IMG/VR virus record: IMGVR_UViG_3300005805_000416
Coordinates: 1-26,058 of that record
Length of the DNA stretch: 26,058 nt
Reading direction: 5' to 3' (one strand)
Source of the DNA: a virus
Lineage: Duplodnaviria > Caudoviricetes
The translations under genes were made by a program, and so were the position numbers. Each line of letters starts with the position of its first letter. Within the stretch, counting starts at the first letter, position 1. Of this stretch, positions 25,160 to 26,058 are shown one piece after another. Below the pieces are notes generated by a model. The model was not told where the DNA came from. It ran no database searches and saw nothing but the letters and a program-made list of their open reading frames with translations.

Positions 25160-26058
25160 ATGTTTCGTCCTAGTGAATTAAAAAAATTAAGTAATCTTTT
25201 GTGGAGTATCAACACGAAATTAACTGATAATGTACAAAATTACATAGATATTGCTTATCAGGTAAAAAATATTAAATTAGAAATAGAATATAAAGATCTT
25301 TTACTAAAATTACTGGAATTGGATAATAATTTAGGTCATATTACATTAAATGCCAATCTATTTCGTAAAAATTTTACTGAATTATATAATATGATTGATA
25401 AAGAGATAGATAAGTTAACTCAATCATTTCTCTATAATCCTAAAAACTTTTCTAATGGCGAACCTTATTCACAAGTAAAAGATCCGCATGTCGAACGAAA
25501 ATATAGAACAGATATAACAAAATATCTAGAAGAAATTAATTATAAAATTTCAGCTTATACATCATGGCAATATTCGGCGTTACAGTTAGGCTGTAAAGAT
25601 GGAATTTTAACTAAAAATCTTGTCGCGGCAGATCCACTATATATTGCAGATTTTTATGCAGAATATCTCGCAGAAACAAAAAATCAATTTAACAGTTTAT
25701 ATCAAAATAGATTATGCATCTATAAATTAAATGAACAGAACTTTGTGACTTCATTGAGACAATTACCTGAACAACAATTCTCTTTTATCTTGGGATGGGA
25801 TACATTAGAACATTTCAGCTTTGATTATCTCAGAACATGTTTAGAATTATGCAAAAAATTACTTAGACCTGGCGGAGTAATAATGTTTAATTATAATAAT
25901 TGTGATAAGATTGAAGCAATTAAAAAATTCGAATTTGGTTTACGGCCCTGGATTACCGCAAAACTAATTACTCAATTAGCCGAGCAGTTAGATTTAACAA
26001 TTGTAAATCACATTAATAAAGAAAATGATCTGGTAGATTGGATAGAACTTAAGTTCTA
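25160..26058 (+). CDS. class I SAM-dependent methyltransferase domain protein, 3' partial (not in ORF track)
   Basis: Open from the ATG at 25160 (MFRPSELKK...); helical N-terminus then ALQLGCKDG, LPEQQFSFILGWDTLEHF and KLLRPGGVIMF. Confidence 0.75.
   Translation, partial: MFRPSELKKLSNLLWSINTKLTDNVQNYIDIAYQVKNIKLEIEYKDLLLKLLELDNNLGHITLNANLFRKNFTELYNMIDKEIDKLTQSFLYNPKNFSNGEPYSQVKDPHVERKYRTDITKYLEEINYKISAYTSWQYSALQLGCKDGILTKNLVAADPLYIADFYAEYLAETKNQFNSLYQNRLCIYKLNEQNFVTSLRQLPEQQFSFILGWDTLEHFSFDYLRTCLELCKKLLRPGGVIMFNYNNCDKIEAIKKFEFGLRPWITAKLITQLAEQLDLTIVNHINKENDLVDWIELKF

Noticed and set aside
1-26058. Bacterial chromosome origin suggested by groES, dnaJ, clpA, dps and phoH
   Set aside because: groES lacks an adjacent groEL; the gp43-like polymerase, gp44-like loader, lysis cassette, late promoter and gene packing all indicate a phage.

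Overview
AT-rich, densely packed, almost entirely + strand segment of a large (jumbo-type) tailed dsDNA phage with T4-like features, probably infecting a Gram-negative host (spanin-like genes). Standard genetic code; no tRNA, rRNA, CRISPR array or IS element seen. In order: a stand-alone DnaE-like fragment, GroES, cytidylyltransferase, clamp loader, PhoH (the only minus-strand gene), a long lysis/envelope cassette (GH19 endolysin, spanins, several membrane and lipoproteins), DnaJ, ClpA, a glycosyltransferase, a block of probable capsid-internal proteins, HAD phosphatase, a Cys-rich protein, Dps, a methyltransferase-like protein, a DsbA/GapR-like DNA-binding protein, family B DNA polymerase and a partial methyltransferase. 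The most striking signal is in two adjacent large ORFs (14903-16894 and 16903-20037). Both carry in-frame arrays of unrelated 45-100 aa modules separated by a conserved 16-18 nt direct repeat (consensus AAGGTGTGGCGGAAGG, encoding [QKE]-G-[VLM]-A-E). This repeat resembles a prohead-protease cleavage site at protein level and a recombination joint at DNA level, and the modules differ strongly in GC content. The inference is a shuffle-able cassette polyprotein system that delivers a variable set of small proteins in the virion. All product calls come from motif recognition by eye; no searches were run.
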